Shown: positions 62,444 through 64,000 of the stretch, piece after piece
Layout of the letters: every line of letters starts with the position of its first letter
Position numbering within the stretch: position 1 is the first letter of the stretch
Origin: Obrimoposthia wandeli
Lineage: Eukaryota
Direction of reading: 5' to 3'
NCBI GenBank assembly: GCA_977020255.1
Contig: CDROCS010000356.1
Coordinates: 310,001 to 374,000, forward strand
DNA: 64,000 nucleotides
The notes under the pieces: generated by a model
What the model saw: the letters and a program-made list of their open reading frames with translations, nothing else
Told to the model about the DNA's origin: nothing
Databases searched by the model: none
Made by a program: the position numbers and the translations under genes

Positions 62444-63181
62444 TTATTTTAATATAAATTCCTGATTAGATTTGATATATTTGTATTTTAAATTTATATT
62501 ATTATTTAAAATATAAGATAATGTATCATGCCCTTGATGTATTAAGTATGCTTCTTTTGTATTTAATTTATCTACTAAAATTGAGGCTTGCTCATAATTC
62601 AAATGATTACCTGTTTGAGCAGGGGTAAAACACGCATCAATAAAAACAAAATCAAAATCATAAGAAATAAGAATATCCATATATTGTTCCTTAATTCCTG
62701 CACAATCTGTTAAATATGCAATTTTATGATGTACTGTTTCAATTACATAACCAGTAGTGTTTTTTGAGTGAATTAAAGGTATAGGAGTAATTTTAATATT
62801 ATCAATAACTATTGTTTTTAATGGTTCATTTTCAATATATTTTATAGATTTTTTATGTTTAAAAAGATCAGAAAAACCAACATCATCTTTTGGATGAAAA
62901 CAAGTAATTTTATCATTTGAATATCTCAATCGTAAAAGTCCAAGAGCATGATCGGGATGAAAGTGTGTCATAAATATAGCTTCAATTTTTTTAGCATCAT
63001 ATATATTTGCGATGTTTTCTATACCTGCATCAAATAAAATAACTTTATTTTCATATTCTAAAACTGCACATGTCGCAAGATTTATTTTATTTTCACTTCT
63101 ATATTTCAAACACGCTGTACAAGAACAATTATGAACAGGTATTCCTGCACTGTCTGATGACCCTAAAAACTTGAATTTCAT
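62444..63181 (-). CDS. phnP: Phosphonate metabolism protein PhnP (metallo-beta-lactamase fold)
   Basis: FLGSSDSAGIPVHNCSC..C; THFHPDHALGL; YLTDC. Confidence 0.88.
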   Translation of the reverse strand: MKFKFLGSSDSAGIPVHNCSCTACLKYRSENKINLATCAVLEYENKVILFDAGIENIANIYDAKKIEAIFMTHFHPDHALGLLRLRYSNDKITCFHPKDDVGFSDLFKHKKSIKYIENEPLKTIVIDNIKITPIPLIHSKNTTGYVIETVHHKIAYLTDCAGIKEQYMDILISYDFDFVFIDACFTPAQTGNHLNYEQASILVDKLNTKEAYLIHQGHDTLSYILNNNINLKYKYIKSNQEFILK

Positions 63182-63194
63182 TTTAACCTTCTAT

Positions 63195-63719
63195 TTATAT
63201 TGATTTTATAATTTCAATAAATTCTTTTTCTGACTTTTCAATCTTTTTAATATTTTCAAAATTTATTAATTTTTTTGCTTCTACTTTTTCACACGCTCTT
63301 TTTATTCTTTGCATAATTTGAGCTTCTGATTCTCTTTTTCTAGACCGCAATCTTTCTAACAATATCAATTTTGGTAAAGTCACATGTATTGTTGTAACAT
63401 TATCATATTTTTCTTCAAAATCTTTTATATGTTCTCTTGATATTGATATAATATTGGTACCTTCTAAAATATTATTTTTTGCAATACCATAACAATTCTT
63501 GTGTGCATACCAAGATGAAGCAAAAAATCCTTGATCATCTAAGATACGAAAGGCATCTTCTTCTACAAAATAATTTTCTTCATTTTCATCTGGTATTCGA
63601 GTAATATATCTATTGATAAAATTATAATCATCATTTTCATCTAATTCTTTTTTTGCATAATCTATGAGTGTATCTTTCCCTACACCACTGGGACCTACAA
63701 TTAATATTATTTTTTTCAT
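63195..63719 (-). CDS. phnN: Ribose 1,5-bisphosphate phosphokinase
   Basis: VGPSGVGKDTL, RYITR, SWYAHKNCYGI, RKRES. Confidence 0.85.
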   Translation of the reverse strand: MKKIILIVGPSGVGKDTLIDYAKKELDENDDYNFINRYITRIPDENEENYFVEEDAFRILDDQGFFASSWYAHKNCYGIAKNNILEGTNIISISREHIKDFEEKYDNVTTIHVTLPKLILLERLRSRKRESEAQIMQRIKRACEKVEAKKLINFENIKKIEKSEKEFIEIIKSI

Positions 63720-63892
63720 AGTCTGCTTTTTTGACCAAGTTCTCTAACGTCTTTTAAATCGTTAAATCTTTCTTTTATCTCTTGATGTGTCCAAATGATG
63801 TATATCTTTTTAATCTCTTTTGCAAATAAACTTCATTTGAGTCTTAATCTTTATACTTTAAACCTAAAATTGATCTGTATATATTTACCATT

Positions 63893-64000
63893 TTAAATCC
63901 TAAAACCTTTTATTGCGTTATAAATTGATTCGCCATCTTTAATAGTCCAAACTACTTTAGGAATATGGTCATCTTCTATCACAATAATATCAGCTCTTTT
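63893..64000 (-). CDS. phnM: C-terminal end of an amidohydrolase, probably PhnM (partial)
   Basis: KRADIIVIEDDHIPKVVWTIKDGESIY; position upstream of phnN-phnP. Confidence 0.6.
   Translation of the reverse strand, partial: KRADIIVIEDDHIPKVVWTIKDGESIYNAIKGFRI

Noticed and set aside
63716-63891. Small ORF between phnM and phnN
   Set aside because: It stops after 15 codons and the other frames are also broken; no supportable product

Overview
AT-rich chromosomal window. Gene content and style (putA, Opr/MOMP-type porin, many SBP-coupled histidine kinases, AAGGA ribosome-binding sites) suggest an Arcobacteraceae/Campylobacterota genome; this is an inference, no search was run. Housekeeping and adaptation genes include the end of a polysaccharide cluster (tviB/wbpP-like, ugd), thiI, putA, a polar amino-acid ABC transporter, truA, parA plus a ribbon-helix-helix (RHH) partner, sodB, yaeQ, a Kef antiporter, nhaA with a two-component system, a GGDEF protein, a porin, and phnM(partial)-phnN-phnP. 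Two accessory islands each sit in the 3' end of a protein-coding gene and supply a replacement end. (1) A 7.6 kb integrase-less defence island (REase-MTase fusion, YhcG, HsdS, OLD-like ATPase-TOPRIM, IS3) is bounded by a diverged ~256 bp duplicate of a SAM-methyltransferase 3' end. (2) A 10.5 kb SSB-Rep_trans-Xis-Int element is inserted at an 8 bp core (GTTATAGT) in the last codons of a histidine-kinase gene and carries KAP-NTPase and TPR/PIN-like cargo. Much of the cargo is disrupted by single lesions. Other points of interest: a dispersed palindrome linked to the parA-RHH operon, a shared OmpR-type box before two antiporter operons, a DMT-betaine-binding-protein fusion, and a cluster of unannotated small ORFs with a possible RNA switch. 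No rRNA, tRNA or CRISPR array was seen.
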